17,201 nt of DNA from an uncultured Pseudomonadota bacterium (GTDB lineage Bacteria > SAR324 > NAC60-12), in NCBI GenBank assembly GCA_913020725.1, contig CAJWCD010000081.1, positions 1 to 17,201 on the forward strand, written 5' to 3'. The position numbers and the translations under genes were made by a program. Positions 8,089 through 14,790 of the stretch are shown here, one piece after another. The notes under the pieces are model-generated. The model saw only the letters and a list, made by a program, of their open reading frames with translations, was not told where the DNA came from and ran no database searches. Position 1 is the stretch's first letter. Each line of letters opens with the position of its first letter.

Positions 8089-8180
8089 AGCCACGGATCA
8101 CGTGGATCAAAAAGGGGAAGCCACGGATTTCACAGATCACGCGGATCAAAAAAGGGAAACCATCCGCGAGCATCCGTGGC
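8089..8180. repeat. Intergenic repeat/hairpin element built from CAC(G/A)GAT-like units (REP-like)
   Basis: Direct repeats AGCCACGGAT (8089, 8119) and GATCACG[T/C]GGATCAAAAA(A)GGG (8096, 8135). Inverted partners ATCCGCG (8162-8168) and ATCCGTGGC (8172-8180). Confidence 0.75.
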
Positions 8181-8195
8181 CGAAAACCAAAACCC

Positions 8196-8224
8196 TTGCG
8201 TCGCGCTCGGCCCCGCGCTAAGCT
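8196..8224 (+). promoter_or_regulatory. Putative sigma70 promoter TTGCGT-N17-TAAGCT for the 8267 gene
   Basis: -35 at 8196-8201, 17-nt spacer, -10 at 8219-8224; strong SD AAGGAGG at 8256-8262 downstream. Confidence 0.55.
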
Positions 8225-8266
8225 TCGCAGAAGCAATCACCCCACCCACTCCCTCAAGGAGGCCCG

Positions 8267-8509
8267 ATGCGACGAATCCTCTGTTGGCTGCTCCCGCTCA
8301 CCTTCCTGCTCGCCCTCCCCCTTTGCGCTGCCCAACGCGGGGTCAAGCGCGTCGTGATCAAGACTCAGGCTGGTGAGACGGTGGGGCTGTACGAGGAGAA
8401 CCAAGCGCTCGTCATCGGAGTGAGCGACTACACGGCGGGTTGGCCGGACCTTGAAAGCGTAGTCCGGGACGTGGACGCGGTGCCCCCAGCGGATTTTTTT
8501 TGGTGCTGA
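8267..8509 (+). pseudogene. Truncated secreted caspase-family (peptidase C14 / orthocaspase-like) gene, N-terminus only
   Basis: Strong SD and a signal peptide, then ALVIGVSDY-TAGWPDL-x(4)-RDVDAV, the first strand/helix of the caspase fold. The frame then degenerates; a GF-x-x-VLNP remnant appears in a shifted frame at 8491. No His-Gly or Asp-x-Cys catalytic motifs are present. Confidence 0.75.
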
Positions 8510-8530
8510 ACCCCGGAGCGGACGTGCCCA

Positions 8531-8564
8531 ACGGTGGCACGGGGCGGCGCACCCGTGCCACCGT
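8531..8564. repeat. Perfect 13-bp inverted repeat with an 8-nt loop
   Basis: ACGGTGGCACGGG (8531-8543) / CCCGTGCCACCGT (8552-8564); no T-tract on either side. Confidence 0.85.
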
Positions 8565-8716
8565 CCGGTGCGCGGGTATGCCGCCCCGCGCTACCGAATT
8601 TTTTCCGGCGGCTTCAGGTGACGGAGGGTTTTGTGTCTTGGCCCGGAGAGATTGACTTGGCTCCGGACGCGATGTGCGAGGCCATCCGGCGCAACGGATG
8701 CTGGATGTTGGAGTGA
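8548..8716 (+). pseudogene. DUF2442-family gene remnant (C-terminal part)
   Basis: PNFFRRLQVTEGFVSWPGEIDLAPDAMCEAIRRNGCWMLE matches the DUF2442 pattern DPxFFxxVxVxxGxVxWPGxxDLAPDAMY. An upstream T-R-A-T-V-R remnant lies in another frame, and there is no intact N-terminus. Confidence 0.7.
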
Positions 8717-8717
8717 G

Positions 8718-8927
8718 ATGCCTAAGCACAAAAAACAGAAAATCGGAGCCGAGGAGACTCCGGAAGCGGAAGTGGAGGAAGCCGCTGAGTTGGAGGGGGA
8801 GTTCGAAGGCGGCGAGTTGAAGATCGCGGCGACCTTCCCGTTCACGCGCTTCCGGGAGAAGGTGAAGCCGCCGCGCAAGCAGCGCTACAACCGTCAGGCG
8901 GAAAAGCGCGTGGCGCCGGACGAGTGA
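8718..8927 (+). CDS. Small charged hypothetical protein, 69 aa (MPKHKKQK...RYNRQAEKRVAPDE)
   Basis: ATG at 8718 follows GGAG, 1 nt after the DUF2442 stop. GC-rich third codon positions, an acidic middle and a basic C-terminus; it ends 6 nt from the convergent MORN gene stop. Confidence 0.6.
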   Translation: MPKHKKQKIGAEETPEAEVEEAAELEGEFEGGELKIAATFPFTRFREKVKPPRKQRYNRQAEKRVAPDE

Positions 8928-8933
8928 GGGGCG

Positions 8934-11225
8934 TCACTGCTGGGGCTTGCCGTCGGCCCACGGCCCGCTGAAGAGGATTTCTCCATCCGGAGCATAGTAG
9001 GTGCCCTGTCCGTTCTGCTGGCTGTCGGCCCAGGCGCCCTCGTAGCGCGAGCCGTCCGGGAAGGTGTAGATGCCCTGCCCGTGCTGGAGGCACTTGAGAA
9101 AGCTCCCAGCGTAGCTGGCGCCGCTGGGGTAGGTCATCACGCCCTTGCCTTCCGGTTTGCCCTTGATGAAAGCGCCCTTGTAGCGTGAACCGTCGGTGTA
9201 GTGGTATGTTCCCTGACCGTGCGGCATGCTGTCCACAAAGTTGCCTGCGTAGCTCGCACCGCTGGGGTAGCGGATTTCGCCACGTCCGGAGCGCGTGCCC
9301 ATGTTGAACTGGCCCTCATAGACGGCCTGATCCGGGAAGGTGTAGGTGCCGAGACCGTGGGGCTGACCGTCGAGAAAAGTGCCTTCGTAGGAAGCTCCGG
9401 TGGGGTAAGTCTGCTTGCCCCGTCCATTTTGGATGCCCGCTCGCCACTGACCGTCGTAGCGGGTGCCGTCCGGATAAGCAATCACACCTTTCCCTTCCGG
9501 GGTGCCCATGCGGAATTCCCCCTCGTAGTGGCTGCCGTCGGCAAAGGCGTACTTGCCCTGCCCGTCTGGAGTGCCGTCCTTGACGCGGCCTTCGTAGGTG
9601 GCGCCGTTGGCGTAGGTCCAGCGGCCCTGTCCGTAGGGTATGCCGTTTCGCCAATTGCCCTCGTACTGCGATCCGGCGGGATAACGGGCGGTGCCGCGTC
9701 CGCTGGGAATGCCCGCAGCAAAACTGCCCTCGTACACGGTGCCGTCGGGGTAGGTGTAAGTGCCCTGCCCCTTGATACTCCCGGAGGCGAAATTGCCCTT
9801 GTAGTGGGAGCCATCGGGGAAGGCGTACTCACCCTGTCCGTGCGGAGTGCCCTCGAGGAAGGCTCCGGAGTAGACCGCTCCACTTGGGTAAGTCAGAGTG
9901 CCGGTGCCCTGCTGGATGCCATCCGAGAACTGACCGGTGGCGACACTGCCATCCTTGTGAGTGAAGATGCCCTGTCCCCGGATGGTTCCGGCAACGAATT
10001 GCCCTTCATAGGCGGTGCCGTTGGCATAACTCAACTTGCCCTGCCCCTGCGGAAGTCCCTGGGCAAACGAGCCTTTGTAACGACTGCCGTCGGCGTATTT
10101 GAACTCGCCTTGCCCGTCCGGGATGCCGTGCAGCCACTGCCCCTTGTAGCGTCCGCCCTCGGCATAGACAAACGTGCCCTGCCCGTGGAAATTGCCGTTG
10201 GACCACTGACCTTTGTAGCGACTGCCGTTGGTGTAGGTAAAGGTACCGGACCCCTGTTGAACGCCGTTGGACCACTGACCTTTGTAGCTGCTACCATCGG
10301 CGTACTTGAAGGTGCCCTGCCCGTGGTAGTTCCCCTGATACCAACGGCCCTTGTAGTGGCTACCATTGGCAAAGGTGAAGGTGCCGAGTCCGTGGTAGCG
10401 TCCGCCCTGCCATGCGCCGTGGTAGCGTCCGCCGTTGGCAAAGCGCAACTCGCCCTGTCCATGCGGCGTCCCCTTGCGCCACTGCCCCTCGTAGCGGGAA
10501 CCATCGGCGTAAGCCATCGTGCCCTGCCCTTCGGGCTGGCCGTCCCACCAGCCGCCGACATAGCTGGCACCGTCCGGATAGCGGTAGTTGCCCACGCGGT
10601 ACTCACCATCGGTCAGCGTTCCCCGATACACGGACTGGTCGGCAAAGCGGAGTTCGCCCTTGCCTTCGATGCGGCCTTCGGCAACCTCGCCCTCGTACAC
10701 CGTGCCGCTGGCGTAACGCAGAGTGCCGCTACCACTGGGCCGTTCGTTCTCCCAAGTGCCATCGTAGCGCGTACCGTCCACATACTCGATGCGGCCCTTG
10801 CCCTGCAAAGCACCCTTGACGAATTCCCCGCTGTAGCGTGTGCCGTCCGGATAGGTCAGTTCCCCACCGCCGTGGAAGCGTCCGTCCTGAAACTCCCCGA
10901 CATACTGCATGCCGTTGGGGTAGATCAGCCACCCTCGTCCATAGGGAATGCCGTCCCACCAGTCGCCATCATAAACGGCTCCACTGGTGTAAGTGTAGGT
11001 GCCACGTCCTTCCGGAATGCCATAGGACCATTGTCCCTCGTAACGGGAGCCGTCAGCATACTGATACGCCCCCTGCCCGTGTGGTTGACCGTCCTTCAAA
11101 TCACCCTCGTAACTCGAGTCGTCAGAGAAGAACAGCTCCTCAGCATGGAGGCCCGGAAGCGGAGGAGTCCCCGACAACAGCAACGTGAAGACGAGGAGGC
11201 TGAAGAGTAGGCGTGGGAATCGCAT
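8934..11225 (-). CDS. Secreted MORN-repeat protein (31 full repeats plus a partial one, no other domain)
   Basis: 763 aa; signal peptide (MRFPRLLFSLLVFTLLL...LHA) followed by contiguous 23-aa units YxGx[WF]xxGxxxGxGxxx[YF]xxGxx. Confidence 0.95.
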   Translation of the reverse strand: MRFPRLLFSLLVFTLLLSGTPPLPGLHAEELFFSDDSSYEGDLKDGQPHGQGAYQYADGSRYEGQWSYGIPEGRGTYTYTSGAVYDGDWWDGIPYGRGWLIYPNGMQYVGEFQDGRFHGGGELTYPDGTRYSGEFVKGALQGKGRIEYVDGTRYDGTWENERPSGSGTLRYASGTVYEGEVAEGRIEGKGELRFADQSVYRGTLTDGEYRVGNYRYPDGASYVGGWWDGQPEGQGTMAYADGSRYEGQWRKGTPHGQGELRFANGGRYHGAWQGGRYHGLGTFTFANGSHYKGRWYQGNYHGQGTFKYADGSSYKGQWSNGVQQGSGTFTYTNGSRYKGQWSNGNFHGQGTFVYAEGGRYKGQWLHGIPDGQGEFKYADGSRYKGSFAQGLPQGQGKLSYANGTAYEGQFVAGTIRGQGIFTHKDGSVATGQFSDGIQQGTGTLTYPSGAVYSGAFLEGTPHGQGEYAFPDGSHYKGNFASGSIKGQGTYTYPDGTVYEGSFAAGIPSGRGTARYPAGSQYEGNWRNGIPYGQGRWTYANGATYEGRVKDGTPDGQGKYAFADGSHYEGEFRMGTPEGKGVIAYPDGTRYDGQWRAGIQNGRGKQTYPTGASYEGTFLDGQPHGLGTYTFPDQAVYEGQFNMGTRSGRGEIRYPSGASYAGNFVDSMPHGQGTYHYTDGSRYKGAFIKGKPEGKGVMTYPSGASYAGSFLKCLQHGQGIYTFPDGSRYEGAWADSQQNGQGTYYAPDGEILFSGPWADGKPQQ
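8937..11111 (-). repeat. 69-bp-period coding repeat array (MORN units)
   Basis: The units are diverged, but a 26-nt exact repeat GCCGTTGGACCACTGACCTTTGTAGC occurs at 10194 and 10263, 69 bp apart. Confidence 0.9.
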
Positions 11226-11261
11226 GGCGGCTTTTGGGAATGGGTTACAAAACGTCTGCGC

Positions 11262-11645
11262 TCAGAACTCCAAGACCGAACGGCTTTCCCTGGAGACGTA
11301 GGCGATGGTCGCCCCGCGCCACATTGGATAGACTCGACCCACGAGATCACCGAGCGTTCCGGGGTCTTCGGAAAGTACGAAGCGCACTCGGCCACTCGGC
11401 AGCACGGCGTGGTCCATCACATAGGCGGCGAACATGACGCGCTTTTCCCCGTCAATGTTCCGCACCGCCAGCAGCGGACGACCATAGACGTGCTGGAGGT
11501 TGTGGAGGACTGTGGGGATGAAGGTCCAGTCTCCGGCAGCAGCTTCGGCCACCGGTTTGTCCATGATGCTGTGGCTGATGTCCACAGCAATATGATTGAG
11601 AGTCAAGATTTGTTCCACTTCAAGTGGGGCGTGCTGAGAGTCCAT
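11262..11645 (-). CDS. Hypothetical protein, 127 aa
   Basis: Fills the gap upstream of the MORN gene in the same orientation (36-nt gap). Globular-looking composition, but no recognised motif and no clear SD. Confidence 0.6.
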   Translation of the reverse strand: MDSQHAPLEVEQILTLNHIAVDISHSIMDKPVAEAAAGDWTFIPTVLHNLQHVYGRPLLAVRNIDGEKRVMFAAYVMDHAVLPSGRVRFVLSEDPGTLGDLVGRVYPMWRGATIAYVSRESRSVLEF

Positions 11646-11794
11646 GTTTTGGTATTTGCGTCTGGATTGAAAAGTGAAGAGAACCGTTCACTATGCTTCA
11701 ACACTGTGCCAAGAGTACCCGGGACAGTCAACGCAAACTCGCACTGCTGCTTGATCCCCGTTCCGAAACTTGAAAGAATGGCAGGAATGTTCAT

Positions 11795-11810
11795 GATTGC
11801 TTTAGCAATC
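11795..11810. promoter_or_regulatory. Palindromic candidate operator GATTGCT-TT-AGCAATC in a divergent intergenic region
   Basis: Perfect 7-bp arms with a 2-nt spacer, just upstream of a -10-like TACACT (11815-11820) and the 11838 start. Confidence 0.45.
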
Positions 11811-11837
11811 TCAATACACTGAAGGCAAGGATTCAAA

Positions 11838-12059
11838 GTGAGGTGTTATCTGGGGATGGCGAGCGTGGTGGTGGCTCTAGTCACGAGTTGCTCGATGCCA
11901 GAACTTGAATCCGGGCAAGCACTTGCGGCCAGGAAGCCGATCTCAACGGATTGGAACGATGGACGCTACAACAAACGCAGCTATCGGCCAGTGCATCCAC
12001 GGTCTTTCCGGAATTGTGTCCGGTTCGTCGTCCAGAAGATTGCCAAAACCCGCTGCTGA
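11838..12059 (+). CDS. Small putative lipoprotein, 73 aa (paralogue A)
   Basis: AAGGA SD before GTG; hydrophobic stretch with lipobox-like VTSC; motif shared with the next ORF; C-terminal Cys. Confidence 0.7.
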   Translation: MRCYLGMASVVVALVTSCSMPELESGQALAARKPISTDWNDGRYNKRSYRPVHPRSFRNCVRFVVQKIAKTRC

Positions 12060-12068
12060 TTTAGCCTG

Positions 12069-12317
12069 ATGCGTTGTTTTGATTGCGGGCAGAACTGGAG
12101 GATTTTCGGATTGTTAGGTCTATTGCTGCTGTTCAGCAGTGCCTGTACCCCGCCACTGCCTGCGATCCAGGCTTCTGCTCCGCGCACTCTGGAGCCAGAG
12201 TGGAATGACGACGGGCGCTTCAATTCCCAGAACTACGGCCACATTCACCGCAATTTCCAGCGCAGTTGTCTGGAACGTTACCCGAAGCCCCCCCAATACC
12301 TGACCCGTGACTGCTGA
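12069..12317 (+). CDS. Small putative lipoprotein, 82 aa (paralogue B)
   Basis: Starts 9 nt after paralogue A; hydrophobic stretch with lipobox-like SSAC; WNDDGRFN...Y...IH...RSC; C-terminal Cys. Confidence 0.72.
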   Translation: MRCFDCGQNWRIFGLLGLLLLFSSACTPPLPAIQASAPRTLEPEWNDDGRFNSQNYGHIHRNFQRSCLERYPKPPQYLTRDC

Positions 12318-12333
12318 CCAACGATGTGTGTGG

Positions 12334-13557
12334 TCAGTCTCCGGAACCAGCCGCAGGTGCGAGGGCTTCCGGGGTCGCCGAGCGTTGTCGCAACCGATAC
12401 CAGAGCAGCGTGACCACAACGATGGCAAGGATCGGCAGCGCACTCCAATTGATTCCGCGCCAACCCACATTGTTGAGCAGCACTCCAGCCAACAGCGAGG
12501 CCGAAGCCGCCGTGCCGAAAACAAGAAAATCGTTGATCCCCTGAATTAGTGCCTTCTCGGCGGGACGGTAGGTCTCGGTGAGCAGGGTGGTTCCGGAGAT
12601 GAACATGAAGTTCCAGCCCGTACCGAGCAGAATCAATGCAGCCCAGAAGTGCCACCACGTTTCACCGTGGAGGTTGAGAGCGATGCAGATGAGATTGAGT
12701 GTCACGCCCATCATCATCATCCGGGTGGCCCCAAAGCGCTGGATGAGCGAACCCGTCACAAACGAGGGCAGAAACATCCCCACGATGTGCCACTGGATGA
12801 CCAGCGCGGTGTCCGGAAACAGATACTCGCGGTGGGTCATTGCCAACGGGGTTGCCGTCATCACGAGGGCCATCACCGCATACCCCAGCGCGGCGCTCAC
12901 CACCGCAAGGACCAGGTTCGGTTGCACGATCAACTCCGCAAGCGGACGACGGACCCCGTGTTGCTCCTCGGTGGTGGGACGTGGGAGGTCGAGAAACGCC
13001 AAGATACCCGCGACCACGGCGAAGAGTCCCGTCACGGCAAGATACCCCCCGGCGAAGGGCGCATTCGCCACCCAATCCTTGCCCTGCATGGCAAGTGTCG
13101 GGCCAATCAAGCCTCCGACAATCCCTCCAGCCATCACCAGCGAGATCGCCTTGGCCTTGAACTCCGGACCTGCAATCTCAACCACTGTGAAACGGTAGAG
13201 GTGGTTGAAACCGATCAGCAGGCCGATCATATAAGTGGAGACACAAAAGAGGGGGAAACTGCCAATCAGGATCGCATACGCTCCAGAAAACGCCCCAGTT
13301 GTGCCGATGCCCGTGCCGACCAGAAAGCCGTTGCGACGTCCCACACGACGCATCAACAGGGAGGCCGGGATGCCCGCCGACATAGTGCCCAGCAAGCTCA
13401 GGAAGAGCGGCAGTGTGGCCAGCGCCTTGTTCTCCGCAATCGCGTAGCCGATCAGCGACCCTGCCGAAACGGTCAGACTGGCAACAGAACCCGTGAGGGC
13501 GAAGCAGGCGGTGAGCAGGAAAACACGGAAGCGAACACGGGGGGGCGTCTGGGACAT
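12334..13557 (-). CDS. MFS transporter (RfnT-like family; substrate unknown)
   Basis: 407 aa, about 12 TM; LMRRVGRRNGF, YRF, AISLVMAGG, VMTATPLAM, IQWHIVGMFLPSF, GWNFMF and QGINDF. Confidence 0.88.
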   Translation of the reverse strand: MSQTPPRVRFRVFLLTACFALTGSVASLTVSAGSLIGYAIAENKALATLPLFLSLLGTMSAGIPASLLMRRVGRRNGFLVGTGIGTTGAFSGAYAILIGSFPLFCVSTYMIGLLIGFNHLYRFTVVEIAGPEFKAKAISLVMAGGIVGGLIGPTLAMQGKDWVANAPFAGGYLAVTGLFAVVAGILAFLDLPRPTTEEQHGVRRPLAELIVQPNLVLAVVSAALGYAVMALVMTATPLAMTHREYLFPDTALVIQWHIVGMFLPSFVTGSLIQRFGATRMMMMGVTLNLICIALNLHGETWWHFWAALILLGTGWNFMFISGTTLLTETYRPAEKALIQGINDFLVFGTAASASLLAGVLLNNVGWRGINWSALPILAIVVVTLLWYRLRQRSATPEALAPAAGSGD

Positions 13558-13567
13558 GGGAATCTCG

Positions 13568-13595
13568 TTGCAGATTGAGCCTGATCCGTTAGTCT
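13568..13595 (+). promoter_or_regulatory. Possible sigma70 promoter for sohB, TTGCAG-N16-TAGTCT
   Basis: Partial consensus match in the 87-bp divergent intergenic region. Confidence 0.3.
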
Positions 13596-13644
13596 ATCAG
13601 ACGAACCTCTCATCTCCAAAAACAATCCCACAGGCCTACCCTGA

Positions 13645-14781
13645 ATGACCGAATTTCTCAACGAATCCCTCACCTTTTACCACGTTTCCGTCCTGCTTTT
13701 CGGTATTGCCGGGTTGATCATTCTGCTACGGGTTTTGTTGCGCAAGCGCAAGTCTGGTGAGAAGGAGCCACATTTGGCCTTCCGACGCTGGAGCAAGCGC
13801 TTCGAGCAAGCTGGGGATGAATTGGAGAAAATTCTGATCGAGCATCCGACCCTCTCCAAGGGCGCAATCAAACTCTTGCGCAAAGCCCGGCGCAAGGAGG
13901 ACAAGGCTGAGCAGAAGAATGAGAAATCCAAGGACGAGCAAACCGTGACATCCATCCGGACCGACCTGAAAGCAGGCAAATCGGTGGAGGAGATCGTCAA
14001 GGGGCACTCAAACCGCGTCTATGTGCTGGATTTTGAGGGCAACATCCTCGCATCTTCGGTGGAACAACTCCGGGACGAGATCACCTTTTTGCTGGGGGCG
14101 GCTTTGCCTTCGGATGAGGTGGTGGTGCGGCTCAGCAGTCCGGGAGGAGCGGTGGCGCAGTACGGACTCGCCAGTTCGCAACTCGCTCGGCTCAAGCAGG
14201 CGGGGCTGCGCTGCACGGTTTGTGTGGATGTCATCGCCGCCAGTGGCGGTTACATGATGGCGACCGTTGCGGACCGCATCGTGGCCGCACCCTTTGCGTT
14301 CGTTGGCTCCATCGGTGTGGTTGCAGGCATCCCGAATTTCCACCGCATTCTCCAGAAGAACGAGGTGGACTACCACCTCTTCACCGCCGGAAAGCACAAA
14401 CGCACTGTCACACCGTTTGTAGAAATCACCGAGGAGGGCCGCGAGAAATTCCAGGCGGACCTGGAAGCAATCCACGGTGCGTTCAAAGGATTGATTCAAG
14501 AACACCGTCCGGACATGAACTTGGAAACCATCGCAACAGGGGAATACTGGCTGGCCTCAAAAGCCTTGGAACTGGGGCTGGTGGACGAGCTGCGGACAAG
14601 CGACGACTACCTCTACGCGAAGCAGGAGGACGGGCACGAGGTCGTGGAAGTCCGCACGGAAAGCGGGAAAAACCGGATGGATCGCTGGTTAGACCGAGGG
14701 GCAGTGTGGGTGCAGGATTGGTTCACCCGACACGGCTGGACGGGTCCGGACAGTGCCGGGCTCCCGCCCTACCGGATGTGA
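13645..14781 (+). CDS. sohB: Protease SohB (peptidase S49, inner-membrane anchored)
   Basis: 378 aa; N-terminal TM anchor, charged linker, VLDFEG, RLSSPGG, YGLASSQL, AASGGYMMA (catalytic Ser), GSIGV, TAGKHKRT (Lys) and ATGEYW. Confidence 0.92.
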   Translation: MTEFLNESLTFYHVSVLLFGIAGLIILLRVLLRKRKSGEKEPHLAFRRWSKRFEQAGDELEKILIEHPTLSKGAIKLLRKARRKEDKAEQKNEKSKDEQTVTSIRTDLKAGKSVEEIVKGHSNRVYVLDFEGNILASSVEQLRDEITFLLGAALPSDEVVVRLSSPGGAVAQYGLASSQLARLKQAGLRCTVCVDVIAASGGYMMATVADRIVAAPFAFVGSIGVVAGIPNFHRILQKNEVDYHLFTAGKHKRTVTPFVEITEEGREKFQADLEAIHGAFKGLIQEHRPDMNLETIATGEYWLASKALELGLVDELRTSDDYLYAKQEDGHEVVEVRTESGKNRMDRWLDRGAVWVQDWFTRHGWTGPDSAGLPPYRM

Positions 14782-14790
14782 TGCTGGAAA

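Noticed and set aside
8089..8180. Possible mini-CRISPR array
   Set aside because: Only two imperfect, overlapping repeats with no unique spacers of regular length, and no cas genes.
8483..8501. C5 and T8 homopolymers as a phase-variation switch for the caspase gene
   Set aside because: No downstream frame restores the caspase His-Gly or Asp-x-Cys motifs, so slippage could not produce an intact protein.
9201..11210. 669-aa plus-strand ORF
   Set aside because: Antisense shadow of the MORN gene: GC-rich repetitive codons suppress stops, and the product is Ala/Val/Gly-rich with no independent motif.
8267..11225. Diversity-generating retroelement (considered because of the secreted caspase gene and the repeats)
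   Set aside because: No reverse transcriptase and no template/variable repeat pair differing at adenines; the repeats follow the 69-bp MORN period.
11697..11712. Possible sigma54 promoter (TTGGCAC on the minus strand)
   Set aside because: The required GG-N10-GC spacing is not met: AA occupies the -12 position.
12334..13557. Riboflavin transport function / FMN riboswitch upstream of the RfnT-like MFS
   Set aside because: The upstream gap is only 87 bp with no riboswitch motifs, and there are no rib genes nearby; family resemblance alone does not fix the substrate.
12578..13578. Long plus-strand ORFs (206 and 309 aa) and similar antisense ORFs over the ABC, aminotransferase and MFS genes
   Set aside because: Fully antisense to well-supported genes and without recognisable motifs; expected in GC-rich DNA.
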